A stretch of 63,705 bases of DNA, the filler included, from Reticulomyxa filosa (Eukaryota; Protista; Foraminifera): NCBI GenBank assembly GCA_000512085.1. It is 20 parts of 20 records of this genome, joined end to end, with 100 filler letters (N's around TTAATTAATTAA, not from the genome) between each part and the next. Parts side by side here need not be neighbours in the genome. Positions count along the whole stretch, not along the records: positions 37,808 to 41,888 come from ASPP01006181.1; positions 41,989 to 43,320 come from ASPP01004599.1; positions 43,421 to 45,022 come from ASPP01000093.1; positions 45,123 to 46,897 come from ASPP01037671.1; positions 46,998 to 48,936 come from ASPP01002072.1; positions 49,037 to 51,011 come from ASPP01019017.1; positions 51,112 to 52,364 come from ASPP01018233.1; 13 more parts are not named here. The stretch is one strand, 5' to 3'. The notes under the pieces are model-generated. The model saw only the letters and a list, made by a program, of their open reading frames with translations. It did no database searches and was not told where the DNA came from. The position numbers and the translations under genes are program-made. Of this stretch, positions 37,961 to 51,813 are shown in pieces. Positions within the stretch are counted from its first letter, which is position 1. Each line of letters begins with the position of its first letter.

Positions 37961-38655
37961 ATAACGTCTTCAAGCCACTGTTTTTGTGTTCAAGTGGGTT
38001 GCTGATTTATGTATCGACGGGGTCTTTCATTGGCAACAGCTTCATTTGGCTTAATGATGAAGAGAGAAGAAATACACAAATTACCAGGTCCATCAAGAGC
38101 AGTGAACATCACCAAGAAGACTACAGCTGGAGGTTGCAAGTAATATACTTTTTACGAGCATTGCTGGCATTTTTTGCACAGGTTGAACATCAATTAGGAG
38201 CGTGGGAAATTTTTGACAGTTATATGTTTCAGCCAACCATCTGTCGTGATGTCATTTATTTCATAATTGGGGTAATTGGTTTGCAGTGGAGCAAAGCACT
38301 TGTCATGAACGCTTGTATCACTCCGTTCAATGTCGCGATCCAACCCAATGGATTACCTGCTATTTATAATATTGCCAGACAATCAACCAAACTCAATAAC
38401 TTGGAAGAATCCAAAGGATGTGATGATACTGATGTAAGTGTCGAAATCCACAAATTTGATAAACATCAACATGAGAGTGACCGTGATAACGAAGAAGAAA
38501 TCAAGCAAGGGACCTGTCCTATAGTAGCGACAGGAAATCAGGGAAATGTTCACAATAATCAAAACCTCCAAAGAAAAAACCGCTTCAAAGCAACGTCGAA
38601 ATACGTGCCAACACATAGACAAGTGGAGTTGTTGGATGAGCGTATGAGAGGCTAA
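37961..38655 (+). CDS. Hypothetical multi-pass membrane protein, 3' part
   Basis: Long ORF after an intron-like T/C tract, with hydrophobic segments and a hydrophilic tail. Confidence 0.45.
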
Positions 38656-41600
38656 CAAGCCAGCTTCTTTTTTTTTTTTAAAAAAAAAATCTTTTTATTT
38701 TAATACACAATATTACCAATTAATTACCCTGAAAGAGGAAAAACAATGGTCCGAAAGGAAACCATTGAAAAAGAGAAGCAAAACATTTAACATTTTTGCT
38801 TGTACGATGCACTTTTTGAAATACTTTTTATCATGGATTTGCATATTTGTTGTAGTGCATCTTTAATGTACGGATTGATTCTTTTTGTGCTTTGCTTGGT
38901 TTTGAAAATTGCAAAAAATGCTCAACTTTGAAAGTAGAGATCTACAATAGCTGCAGAATCTCCAAGGCCAAAAATAGGAATGGAGAAAAAAAAGCATTTT
39001 TGGTATCTGCTCTCATCTTTTATTATTTGTTTTTGGCCATGGAAAAACAATTAATTTTTTGGACTTAGATAATAGTGATCAAAAAGTATCTTTTTACAAT
39101 TTAGAAAATTAGTTTTTTCAAATAACATTTAAGTATTCTTTATATACTATTAACCTCGATTTTTTCACGAGTAGAAGAATATTAACTTATTGTTTTTTAT
39201 GTTGTGTTTTGATTTGAATTTCTTTTCACTTTTTCATTACTAATGTTATGACTTCATCAATAGTTTTTTGAATAAAAGCATGGTACAACACTATGTAAGG
39301 TAATGTCACATTATTTTGTTTTATTTATGAATAATTATTAAGTAACAACTTTATTGCATTATACTAATACTTCCTACATTTGGCACATGCTGTTACAACG
39401 AACGAACAACGACAAAAAAAATGCTATCAGAAGAATAAACTAGCTCTTATACTGCATAGTAATGAATATTTAATAAAGAGTATTTCAAAAATATTGATGC
39501 AAAAGTTAATTTATGTTAGTGAAACAATCAAAAAGAAATAGTAAATTGTAGCATATAATATGATTATCAGTTAAATGTAAAAGTTAATATTCAGTGCAAA
39601 ATGTAACGATTGTAAATATAATTGTAATATAACAGCGAGCAAGAACTATACAAAAGTTTTGTTATTGACAAATATAATGATGATCCAAAAGACAATTTGT
39701 ATCTTGAATCAATTCACATATTGATAAAGACAAAATTCGATTGCGAAGACAATTGTTGATGTTACGAGAACAAATTAAAGTATTATCACGCAAGTTAAAG
39801 TTGCATGGTCACTATTGACATCAAATTGGAGGTAAATAAGATTGCTACTGCAACAATACCAAACGAACGACTATTTGTTGGGAAATTAAATATTATTGAT
39901 TATAATTTTGCAGATGACATTGTATGAAATTATCGACTGATTAGTTGAACATGTTTATGTATGTTTTCAAAGGAAGACGATATTTTGCATATTCTTGTAA
40001 ATAATTATTCAAAAAAATACAGTAATGTAAACTTCGTCTATAATTTTGTCTTGTGAACACTATGTCTTGTTTTTTTGTTTGATACAAAAATAACACATAA
40101 CACAATTGCCAAATAATCTGTTTAGTTTTAACTGAGCTTTACTCTTCATTGTAAAAAGCAAATATCAAATATATTTACAGTCTCTTATTTGAAAAAAGTT
40201 TTTAAAATTTGTATTTTGTCTTAGTTTCAGTCATTTTTATGATAATGAATATTTGATTGTTGACATTAAGTTTGTAATTGTGATTATCGTAATAATTAGA
40301 AAAAGATATAACGTTGATTTTCTCAACATAATGTTTGAAACAATATCACCATGTTTTGACATGAAAATTACTATTTATAACATTCACAAAATGTTCAAGA
40401 CAATCGATTTTTTATTGCTTTCAAATATAGTAATTTTCTTCTGAAAATGTACTGTTGGCTCTTTCTCAATTTATATGAACATACATTATATATTGCAACT
40501 AGTTATTTTTATTACTAGATTTACAAGGAAATAAAAATATATGCGTGTGGATAAAGTAATCTCGTTGACAAACTAGATTTTTTGACATCTTCTACACATT
40601 TTTTTTTGTTCACTTTATTTTTTTCAATCATTTTCAGCACATTTTCTTTCAACAGTTTCTTCATAATTATTCTTTAGTTGTACAAATCAAAACTTCCATT
40701 TTGCCTCGTATATACTTTCATCGTTGCGCAGCTGCGTTGATATTTTTTTGTCCACATGGTATTCAACTGTAAAATGATACTATTTTCACGTTCACTTTTT
40801 TTTTTGGCACAAAATTTTTGATTTGCTTTTGCACCAAAAAAAAAAAGTTTGATACTTTTGTTATAAATACCAAAAAATGAAAAATTTTTTTAGTGAAAAT
40901 TATTATAATTGTGCAATCAATTTTAAAAGTTGAATGTTAGACTGTTCAAAATTATTCTAAGATTCAGCACAAGAACGAAACCCTGTCAATAAAAATAAAA
41001 ACACTGACAAAAAGAATCTTCAAAAACTATGGATTTGTCAAAACCACATTATATCTTTAAGAGCGTGGATATACCCAAATCACAAGCACATACGTGGCAA
41101 GCGCTGAAAAATGGGCGGAAACTCTTCTACACTTTGTTTTGAAGGATTATACATGTGTTATTCTAACAAAAAAAATTAATAATAAAAAAACAAGTAATTT
41201 TTGTTTTGTCTTGTATTAATTTAAATTAGAAGTGAATATATGTTGGTGTTCACAAGCACGGTAATGTGTTGTATGATGTAGTTGATGCTAAATCGTAGAT
41301 CAAGTGGACATTGTGACAAATGATTTAATTTCATCAATTCAAAAAAAGACATTGAAATTGAATGAAAGAAAATGGCAAGTTATATTGCGAGTGCAAGAAA
41401 AAAATATAGGTCCCCGAGTATTTGATTCTCGATCGAAGAACATGAACGTGCTGATGAACATATTCAAAATCAGTCAAATTCGAATATATTTGAATATTCT
41501 TTATCATTTTTATTATTACATTCTTTTTTTTAATTAGGATTTTGTTGTATCTTCATTTGTTGCTTGTCTGATGATACTGTCGACACACTAGAAAAGCCAT

Positions 41601-41988
41601 TTAAGACTGACAAATTGAAAATTGTGATGATGTCACATTAGAAAGAAACTAGTATTCATTCAATCAAAAAGTTGAATATTATGGTAATAGTTATTGGTAA
41701 TGCAATGGATAAGACATCGTGATGTGATGATACCAACAAATTGATCAAATTTATTTCTGCTGCAACATGAATAAGATCAATCAATGTATTTGATTTTTAC
41801 TCCTAATAATTTTTTGCGATATGCGACAAATGTTAAAAGCAAACATACAAACTAATTAAACATTGTTCGTTAGTTATTTATCAATAGTNNNNNNNNNNNN
41901 NNNNNNNNNNNNNNNNNNNNNNNNNNNNNNNNTTAATTAATTAANNNNNNNNNNNNNNNNNNNNNNNNNNNNNNNNNNNNNNNNNNNN

Positions 41989-43320
41989 AATGTGAGTTCT
42001 TTCAAATCCTCCATGAATTTCCACTGCTATTAGCTCAACATCCACTGCATAAGCAAGAAATTTTATTAAAGCTGTTTTACCACATCCTCTGTTTTTTTTT
42101 CATTTGTTTGTTTGTCGTAATAAATTATTTATAAAAATAAAAGAAATAGCTAATGCATACGTTTCTCCCATCAAAACAGCCTATAAAAAATAAACACACA
42201 AAAAATAGAATCAATTAGTATCTATAAATTCAATACAATGGGACATACTGGCAGATTGGATCTAATTTTACTAAGGATAGCCAACATCTTCAATACATTA
42301 TCATAAGTCAATACATAATGCTTGAGAATGTCCGTAGATAATTTTTTTAAAATTCTTTCTTGTTCCTGTTTTGGTACTCCGAGTGCATAGAATAAGAATC
42401 CCAATCGTTTATTTTGTCCATCTTCATATGTCATAGTTCGTAAATCCTCTTTTTGTTTCTCCTGTATTCAACACAGAATTGAAACAATTTAAAATCATAA
42501 AATAACATGACATTATTTTTTTGTTTAACCTGATCTTTTCCAGTAATAACGAAAAATTTTTTTTCTAAAAACTCGATTTTTTCCAAATTCGATCCTTCAA
42601 TACTTGAGGCCAATATGGAGAGAGAACCTTTTCAAGCAAAAAGATACAAAATAATTTTAGGTGTCTATATGTATTTTGAATTGGAATGTACATACCATCT
42701 TGATTGATCAAATACAAAAATTTCTTTACTTGCTTCCATTTTTTACATAAAAAAAATTCAATATCATTTTCTTCGGTGGTCATCTGATCGTACGAGTGAA
42801 GACACAAATCTTGGGCAATATCAATGACACATTCGGTTGCCTCGTGCTTATATTGGATGGAGTGATCAAAAACCAATTTATTTTTCAGATACAATGAATC
42901 GGCCAATGCTACAAATTGTACATACAAATAATTGAAAAACATATCTTGTTGCAATAAACTGGAATCCATTACTTTAGAGAACCACTTTTTCATAAAAGTT
43001 TCGCATTCTGATTGTGATAACTTGGGCACTTTGCTAGGGTTATAATCTGGCTTTACGTCATCCAATTGGAGGGCTTCTCGGCTCCAATTTGTCCATTTCC
43101 TTGGCTTTTGCAATCTATTTTTTATAATTGAGTAAAAGGCCATTTACACAAGTTTTTCTAAATTATATAAATATATATGTCAGCAATGATTCCAAACTTT
43201 AGGTTATCGGAATAATATTCTTTCATCCATTTCAGACAATATTGAGCTTTTTTTTCATATAAAAAGGGATTGATCACTTTGTCGACAGAGACCAAGGGAA
43301 ACTTAATTTCAGAAAATAGA
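41989..43320 (-). CDS. RNF213/mysterin-like AAA+ ATPase fragment (multi-exon, partial)
   Basis: Spliced sequence YVLTYDNVLKMLAILSKIRSNLP|AVLMGET|GCGKTALIKFLA..EIHGG matches the RNF213-family signature YxLTxDNxxKxxxIxxRxxxxIPVIIMGETGCGKT. Confidence 0.8.
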
Positions 43321-44331
43321 NNNNNNNNNNNNNNNNNNNNNNNNNNNNNNNNNNNNNNNNNNNNTTAATTAATTAANNNNNNNNNNNNNNNNNNNNNNNN
43401 NNNNNNNNNNNNNNNNNNNNATGATATTGGTTTTTTAATAACTTTTTTTTGTTTGATGAAATCACCATTCTTTCAAATGATTTTTAAAAGAATAGTTATT
43501 TCATCCAACAAAAAAAAAAATATTAAAAAAACAATATCATATTTAAAAACTACAAGATTTGTAGATATTTTTTTAAAATAAAAAAATTAGGTCTAAATGT
43601 TGATTTTTCATGGAGAAAATCAATTATCATCATAAGATATCGTTTTATGCGTTCAGTTTTTTTTGCAACATACTGTATTAATGCTATTTTTAGAAAAGGT
43701 TGCTGACCGCTCATATTTTTTTATCAACTGTTCGAACCAACGGTCAGTAGCTTCCATTCTACCGTTCAAACCTAATTATTGTTCGAAAGCCTTTAAACAT
43801 GACCACATCCATGTTATCAAAATGCAACTTGCAAAAAAAAAATTACAATATTGTTCATGTCTGAAATATTGAGGATGCAAAATTTGAAGTTTCTTCGGAA
43901 ACTTTGGAAAAACTATTAACCCAAAAAAATACATATACTCAACATCTTATCTTTTATTGTGATATTTCCACAAATAAAACATGTTTTGCATATATAAAAA
44001 AAGACTTTGTAAAAAATGCCGTGAACGTATATGTCTCATATCTCAACTTTGAGTGTATATAAAAATTGCAAATTAGTACTTTCCAAAAAAAGGTTTAGAG
44101 AAAATAAAAAATAATAAAAAAAAGAATTTCTGATCAATCCTTTTCTCGGCGTCGCAACAATAAAAGTGCTTGTCTTTTTCATGTGTTAGTAAAAGAGTGT
44201 GTTATATTATCATTAAGAAAACGATCAAAACGACGAATGTTTCAATTTTAGAAAAATAAAATAAAATTGGGTAGTCCCCGTTCATTGTACATTACTAGAC
44301 TTCTCACAAAAACTAAAGAAGTGCGAGACAG

Positions 44332-44989
44332 ATGAAAGCTTTTCTTAGTTTGTTTTTGCCATGGATTTTGTTTGCGCGCGTAGCGTTGAGCATTGATGCG
44401 AATTGTGGGGGTGTGACAAACTTTGAGACGTGGTTGGATGACTCTCCAAGCAAGAATGACTTTGAATTGAAAATGACACAAGCGTACATTCGTCACGGAG
44501 ATAGGACATTGGCTTATGAGTTGAGAAAGAGCCCCCCTTTCCTTCACACTACGTACATAGACGTATACATCAAAAAAAAAAAAATAATATATATATGTAC
44601 ATATATATGTATATATATGATCTGTTGAACAGTGATATTTGTTGGTCGCAAGTACCAATGGGGACATGGAACTGCACACAAGCAGTAGGTATCCAATCGC
44701 ACAACATCGACCCCAACAATGCACTTGGTCAGCAGTACGTGTTTCCAGTGCAGCATTTGAGCGGCGTGGAATTTTTCCCGGGCAACTGTTTATTGGGACA
44801 GTTGACCTTTACCGGATACAAGCAAGAGCTGAACAACGGAAATGGACTACGCACACGTTACATCGATTACTATCAAATGCTGCCCGAAGACACGCCCGGC
44901 ACAGACATTAACGAAATCCTGTCCAACGTGTATCTGCGAGCAGACATGGAGGACAGAACCCAGCAATCGGCCATTGCTTTATTTACTGG
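44332..44989 (+). CDS. Secreted/lysosomal histidine acid phosphatase (branch 2), partial
   Basis: Signal peptide; YIRHGDRT (RHGxRxP-like); GQLTFTGYKQELNNG..LRTRY; VYLRAD..DRTQQSA. Confidence 0.85.
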
Positions 44990-44995
44990 TAAGTA

Positions 44996-45022
44996 TGTGT
45001 GTGTGTGTGTGTGTGTGTGTGT
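44996..45022. repeat. (GT)n microsatellite in an intron at contig end
   Basis: Direct reading. Confidence 0.85.
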
Positions 45023-45189
45023 NNNNNNNNNNNNNNNNNNNNNNNNNNNNNNNNNNNNNNNNNNNNTTAATTAATTAANNNNNNNNNNNNNNNNNNNNNN
45101 NNNNNNNNNNNNNNNNNNNNNNGATTTTGCGCGAGATCAGATATATACAAGATAACAAACAAAACATTCAAAATGAACAGTCGAAACAA

Positions 45190-45710
45190 AATAATATTAA
45201 CACGTCTGAATGTGATGCATTTCGTCTTATCAGCTGCAAGCAACATCTTCCATTTATTGGACCAAGTGGAAACTTCATCCAAACTTTGTTGTAATAACAC
45301 TAGTTAATCGACCACATTGAATTCGAATTCCATTCAGTATGAATGAATTCCATTCAATACCACCCTTCCAAGTCGATCTGATAAAATGCTATCAATCCAC
45401 TCCATCTAATTTAAATTCATTTCTCATTTATATCTTAATTCTCCAAACACTATCATATGCTGCACAACATAAGTCACTGAATTGCAATGAAATGACTTGT
45501 GGATTGTCTCAGTCAATCGCAATGACAATTTGTCTGTGATGATTCTTTCTATCAATTTACCAACACTTGATAACAATGCAATTGGTCTATGATTCTTGCA
45601 CTGGCTATGATCTCTGTCATGCTTAGGAATAGGCCATTGCATTGCCACCATTCTTTAGCATTTGATTATGAAGTTATCAGGACCTTGAGCCTTGTACGGA
45701 GACAATGTAT
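45190..45710 (-). mobile_element. Degraded non-LTR retrotransposon RT fragment
   Basis: SPYKAQGPD, PIPK..KNHRPIALLSSVGKLIERII and LQQSLDEVSTWSNKWKMLLAADKTKCITF. The central QG/YADD region is missing. Confidence 0.85.
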
Positions 45711-46049
45711 CAAGTTAAAATGAGCACCTCGTCCCAAAAGGAACAAATTACTCTAATGAAAACAAACAAAAAAAGGAAAAGATCAATAAAACATAACAAC
45801 AAATGAAAAAAATTTTAAGCTTAATTTAATCTTTAAAATATCAAAAAACAAATAAAATCTCAAATGTTGTACGGCAAGATCAATCAACGGTTGTGAAAAC
45901 AAATTTGGCTCTTCCCTGTGGAATGGTCAGGGGGAATTACATGAGCAATGCTAATGCTCAACTGAATCCTCTTAGCCTTGTTTTCTAAGTGTTGAAGTCT
46001 CAGGGAAATATTGAGATTCAATTCCACTTTTGTTCGACATTCTTTCTAA

Positions 46050-46897
46050 TGTGAAGTATCTTGGATTGCTCATATGACTTATTTCAAGCATGTCAATTAT
46101 GTCTATGGCAAAGCAGCAAGGAAACTTGGTTATTTGGCTTACCTATGTTCATACAAAGAGTTAGACCAAGTTTATCCACTCACAATATATTATATAAGAC
46201 CATTATCCGTCCAAGTCTTGAGTATGCATCTGCATTTTGGAATGGTGTTATATCACAAACTCCTCCTCTTGAATGGCGACGAAGACAATAAGAGGTAAAG
46301 TTATATCGCAAGTGTATCAGATGGTCAGGTCGCAAGATTTGGAATGAATCAAGACCAAAGACACATCTAAATTATATCTCATGGATTAAACATTATCCCG
46401 TGGTTGTATCCGTGCAGCTGAGGCTGGAGTGCCGACAGTTGAACCTGATTTTCATGCAATTTCAAATACTCTTCCAATGCAAGTTGCACTAATGCCACAG
46501 TCGAATAAATCATCATTTGCAATATTCAATGACCTTCACCGGTATCATTGGATAATGATTGCATTGTGATATTTGTGACGGGAGTACATATCCAAATCCT
46601 GGTATTGAGGCACAGGACTGGTAATTCAAGATCCAAATATGCCAAAATTGGAATATCCAATCACGGCATTACAACCAATATTGGATCAGAGATCGAAGCA
46701 ATGAGATTTGCATTGGAATATGAGGTAATCATTACAGATTCCATCATGGAAGAGTGATTATCCTGATTGCAAGTTTGTAATGCGTTATTTAACAAATGAG
46801 ATTCAGACATCTATAAAGTACCAATATGGATTGTCAAAAGATCTTAAGATCATTTAATGAGGATAATATTCCAGAGATATCAGCGGTATTCCTGAAT
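46050..46897 (+). mobile_element. Degraded non-LTR retrotransposon: RT thumb and RNase H fragment
   Basis: VKYLGLL, HVNYVYGKAARKLGYL, LYKTIIRPSLEYASAFW, DGSTYPNPG, TTNIGSEIEA and DCKFV. Confidence 0.8.
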
Positions 46898-49545
46898 NNN
46901 NNNNNNNNNNNNNNNNNNNNNNNNNNNNNNNNNNNNNNNNNTTAATTAATTAANNNNNNNNNNNNNNNNNNNNNNNNNNNNNNNNNNNNNNNNNNNNCAG
47001 TTTAAAACCATTTGAAAACGCCAGTTCGTTGGAGAATTTAACAAAATTTAGTAGTGTTGCAAAAAAAAAATTTCTTTAAAAAAACCAAGAAAACTAGTGC
47101 AAAACAGATCAAAAAAATATTTCTCCCATCATTTGACTGCAACAAAAATGTTTTATATATTTGTTATTTATATATTGATTGATATATTAGATAAAGATAT
47201 CTTAAAGAAATTGAAGAAACGATTCCACATTTTATTAATTTATTTTCAAATTTATAAAAAAAATGATATGAAATTGTCACTTAAAAAAATACAATAGTAT
47301 AATTATCATTAAAATTATTTATCCTCTTGCAATTGAAGTAAAAATTTATCAATTGATTGCTGAATTGTAGTTTTAAAGTTCGAATCCAATACAGCAGCAA
47401 TAATATAAATATTATTTTCAATATCGTGCCATCCTTGAAGTAACTCTTTTACAAAAGGTTTATATCCTTCCACTATTGTATCTGTTACTTCTTTGATTTT
47501 CCAAAAAGGTCATTTTGCTTTTGGTGCTGGATTTAAATCAGTAGTATATATAATCTTTGTAATTTATCCAAATAAATTCTCGGATCTAATAATCGATGGC
47601 GATGTGTTAATCGTGTAAAATATAGTGTTGTTCCAGCCCATAACTATACGCCACCAAAATATGACTTTATTTTTTTTATTTATGTATGTTATGATATGTT
47701 TATATTATGTTGTTATTTGTATTACGTTATCATTTAAATATTACATCAATTTTTTTACCAAACTCGATCTGATACATATCTTCGTTCTTTTTGTTTTTTT
47801 CTTCATAATGTGAATAATCAGTGCACAAAAAATTCCAAGTTGCGCACTCCAAAAACGTGCAAAATCTTTCGGATTTTCGTGATCCAAAATACGGCTGCTT
47901 TCATTTTCCACTCAATTGGACATATTGAAGCATTGTCATCATGTTCTTTGTTCGATATTTCGCAGATCGATGGTTGAACTGAGCTGGTAATTTTTTGGTT
48001 GTGTATTTGTGTTTGCAAAATGAAAATTACGATGACTGCTGTAAATGCACATCAAATATCTGATCTTGACCCTTTGCTTTTGTTTTTTAAGTTGGGATTA
48101 GTACGATTTGAATGACACATTCACTCCTTCACAAAAGTTGATGAATTCTCAACAAAGAAAAAAACACTTTTGCAGCCAGAATCTTACCACTTAAAATTTA
48201 TTGAAATTTTTCATTTTTTGGTTGTTCTACATTCGGTCAAACAATTGTCCATTGTACCGTGAAAAATCAATAAACTATTTTTCTAAAGATAATGCGTACG
48301 TTTTTGGGAGATCATGGGACAAAACAGATAAATATTATGGTAAAATGTGTGAATAATGATACTTTGCATCGAGACGTAAATCACAAAATTATAAAATAAT
48401 GTCTGCAAGTGAATATGCAGCGTCTTCCATACTACGATAAATTTTAAGGTTCGGGCAAGTAAGTCTTTACATCTGACAATACAGCAGCTTTTTTTTCTTT
48501 TCAAATTGGGGCCGTCATGAAACATACAAATTTGGACGAATCGAAATAGGTCTGTTTATTGACTTATATCGAGCAAACAAAAACAAACAAACAAGCAAAA
48601 AAGAAGAAACAACAAAAAAAAGCCCGCTCACCTATTTGCAAGAGTTCATAATTAAAAACAAACCATCAAATAAAAACATACAACTCACACAATAAAAAAC
48701 AGCGAAAAAACTATTACACTTGAAAAAATAAAAAATAAAATAGTAAGACCCAAAACGAGAAAAAAAAAATGATTTTTTTTTTCCTCTTCGCCCTCTCTCC
48801 AATCAAACTTTATTGTGTTGAGCAACCAAAATTTATTAAATTACGAAACTTCATTGTTCGTTTTTTCTTTTTTAAAAAAAAAGCAAACCTCAGAATAATA
48901 AATACGAGTTTGTCTCTTTTTTTTTTTTTTTTTTTANNNNNNNNNNNNNNNNNNNNNNNNNNNNNNNNNNNNNNNNNNNNTTAATTAATTAANNNNNNNN
49001 NNNNNNNNNNNNNNNNNNNNNNNNNNNNNNNNNNNNATAGCTTTTAATAATCATTTAATCTTTTTTAAAAGTAATTGTAGAATCTTAAGAATGACTGATT
49101 ATTTTTTATCAAATCTTCACAGTTTGAAGTTCTTTGTTTTATGAAGTTTTTTATATGAATTTTTTCTGATTGATTATTTTTCAAAGATTGTCTTTTAGAA
49201 TAAACAGAGCCAAACTTTCCAATTGTCCGTTTTCTTCGAAAATTTTCCAAAAATTAATTTTAATATTCAAATCAACGCTAACTTGAAATATTGAATCGAA
49301 TTAACAACTATTGCAAATTCAAATACCTTCAAAAACAACGTTTTCAGTGTGGTGAATGTATTGTTTGGTGTTTACCTTTGTTGCATTGCAGTTGGTGCTA
49401 TGCTTTGTTTCTTTCGAATTAATTCGTGATTTCACTCAAAAAATGTTCGCGTATTTTATTCAAGTGAAAGATATTGGTAAGAAAATTTCTACAAAATATT
49501 ATCATGCGTACAATGATCGCGATTCAGAAGATATACGCTTATACT

Positions 49546-51011
49546 TTACTTAATTGAACAAATTGAAAGTACTTTTCGCACTAAAAAAAAATTATAAAAA
49601 TTTGTGTGCAACTGCACCCTTTTACTCTTGTTCGTTGTGTTCCATTTCAATTGTGTTGCTGTTTTCACTATCAACATTTTTATTGAGATTTTTTTCATTT
49701 TCAATAATTTTTTCGTTATTGTGTTCGTCAGTATAATTTTCATGCTTATTTTCATGTTCAGGCTCATTTTCCTTTTCTTTTTCATCTTCCTTTTCATCTC
49801 TTCACTTTCATTTTTACTTTTGTTTGTGTTTTTATCTTCGTTTTCACTATTACTTTTTTGCACGTTTTCAGGATTAGCATTCTGCTTGTCATTCAAGTTA
49901 TCTTCGTCGTTGATATTATCGTCTTCATTGTTGTCGTCATTTTCAGTACTGTTATCATTACCTTCGATCAGGACCTCATTATTGTCGTTTATCTCATCGT
50001 CTTTCTTTTGATCCTGATTGTTTTCATCGTCGCTTCTATCGCTGTGCTTTGCACTGGGGAGTGTGATATTGTTGCTGATGCCAGGGCTGTTATTATCTTG
50101 ATCATGGTTGGTGTCATCTTGGTGTTGATCCTTTTCGAAGTCTTTGCCGTTGTCACTGTTTATTTCATCGGAACTCGTATGTTTCTCACGAGGTTTTTTT
50201 CTTGTGATTTTTTGCGTTTGTTTTGTTTTTTTGGAGGCAGTATTGAATTCGGACTCGGATTTGGATTTGGATTTGGATTTGGATTTGGGTTTGGATTTTG
50301 ATTTTGATTTGAGTTTGGATTTGGATTTGGGTTTGGATTTGGATTTAGGTTTGGATTTAGATTTAGATTTAGATTTGGATTTAGATTTAGATTTAGATTT
50401 AGAATCAGGTTCAGATTTAGAATCAGGTTCAGATTTGGATTCGAATTCAGATTCGGATGCGAATTCGTGGTTGGATTTCGAATTGCTTTTGTCTTTATGT
50501 GTATGTTTGGACTTACTTTGGGAAGCCGCGTTATTGGCTGACTGAGTCGCAGTATCGGAATGAGTGCTGAGTTCTTCGAGTTCTTTTTGAATTGGTGGGC
50601 GAATAGTGTCGCCTGTTTTTTTGCTTTTTGTCGGAACTGCAGCTTGATTCTCTCCCCGCGGACGTGGAGTCATGTCCCGAGCAATGCGAGTCGCTGCAAT
50701 CTGAGGAATGTTTGGACTCTTCGTTGCTGGGCTTGAGTTTGAACGTGTGAATCATGTCTAGTGTCTGGATAATCTTCTCGCTGTCCTGGACTTGCTTAAT
50801 GAACGGACGCCAAAGTTTGAGGATGGCGTCGAAGGAGGAGATATTTCGAACAGAGGTGAGCGCTTTTGCGTGGCATCGACGAGAGCGCTTCCATCGATGG
50901 CGAGATCGCCAATATCTTGCGGCGTGGAAATAGTAAGCAGTTCGAGTGATGCGTTTGATATCGCGTTGCAAAGTGGAGCTGACTTTTTTGCGTTTTTTTT
51001 TGCCACTGTGT
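49546..51011 (-). pseudogene. Low-complexity K/S-rich then D/N/E-rich protein, interrupted by in-frame stops
   Basis: ORFs 50758..51006 and 49546..50673 are in the same frame, separated by TAG and TGA (..SRH*T*FTRSN..). Contains a (KS)n tract. Confidence 0.45.
50250..50460. repeat. Degenerate 6-bp tandem repeat (gatttg/gattta)n encoding (KS)n on the minus strand
   Basis: Direct reading. Confidence 0.85.
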
Positions 51012-51111
51012 NNNNNNNNNNNNNNNNNNNNNNNNNNNNNNNNNNNNNNNNNNNNTTAATTAATTAANNNNNNNNNNNNNNNNNNNNNNNNNNNNNNNNN
51101 NNNNNNNNNNN

Positions 51112-51734
51112 AAATTTATCTACACGATTTTCTGAATGACTGTAAACAATATATTTCTCGTCAGGTGAAACAGATGCCTGAAGCTCAACCCCCTTTAAAT
51201 CTGAAACAACTCTATATCTCACATCAATATAATTATCACTACACACAAAGAAAACAGAAAAAATAACAAATATAAAAACAAAGGTGTAAACACACTTAAT
51301 ACAAGTTTATTTCGAATACCCCCCTCCCCTAAAAATAACCCCCACCCTTCCAAATGACCACTTTGTATCTTTCTCCATAGATTTTATACACTCAAGAGAT
51401 ACTGGAGCAATAAATCTGAATCCGCGCTTTTTCTGAGTTTGAATATATGCCGGTTTTTTGCTATCGTCATTGAGTATTTTTCTCAGAGAACTAATCACTC
51501 TTAATAGATACAAATCAGAGCAATTTCTATCAGAATCTAGCAACTTCGCTAATTCTTCTTTTGTAACTAACTTCTCGGGATTATTTAAAAAAACTCTAAA
51601 ACTAACTGAGCATCACGTGAAAGATGAGTTTTTTCGCAAAAATCATCATCAACTGACTTTATATTTATTATCTGTGCAGAGGATGGATAATACCTCCAAC
51701 AGCCAAAACACAATACTGACTCATTAGATTCCAT
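51112..51734 (-). CDS. Bacterial CadC/ToxR-like winged-helix regulator with TM segment and start of a TolB-like propeller (frameshifted, partial)
   Basis: RBS GAGGA before ATG 51734 (MESNESVLCFGCWRY..). NPEKLVTKEEL..LRVISSLRKILNDDSKKPAYIQTQKKRGFRFIAPV fits Trans_reg_C; then a TM segment and GVELQASVSPDEKYIVYS. No introns. Confidence 0.75.
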
Positions 51735-51813
51735 AGTTTCCTCAGAAAAAAATTAAATTGGATACCCCCTAAGTCATACTCGGGAAAATCAGCATTCCAG
51801 AAATAAAATATAT

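Noticed and set aside
38700-41888. Short ORFs in a long AT-rich stretch
   Set aside because: No motifs or consistent frame. The stretch may contain very old gene remnants, but none can be supported.
47300-47600. Minus-strand protein-like fragment (PFWKIKEVTDTIVEGYKPF..)
   Set aside because: Short, contains a stop, and could not be assigned to a family.
49604-50545. Plus-strand ORFs with (DL)n or (FG)n tracts and hydrophobic runs
   Set aside because: They are antisense shadows of the (KS)n and D/N/E-rich minus-strand frame.
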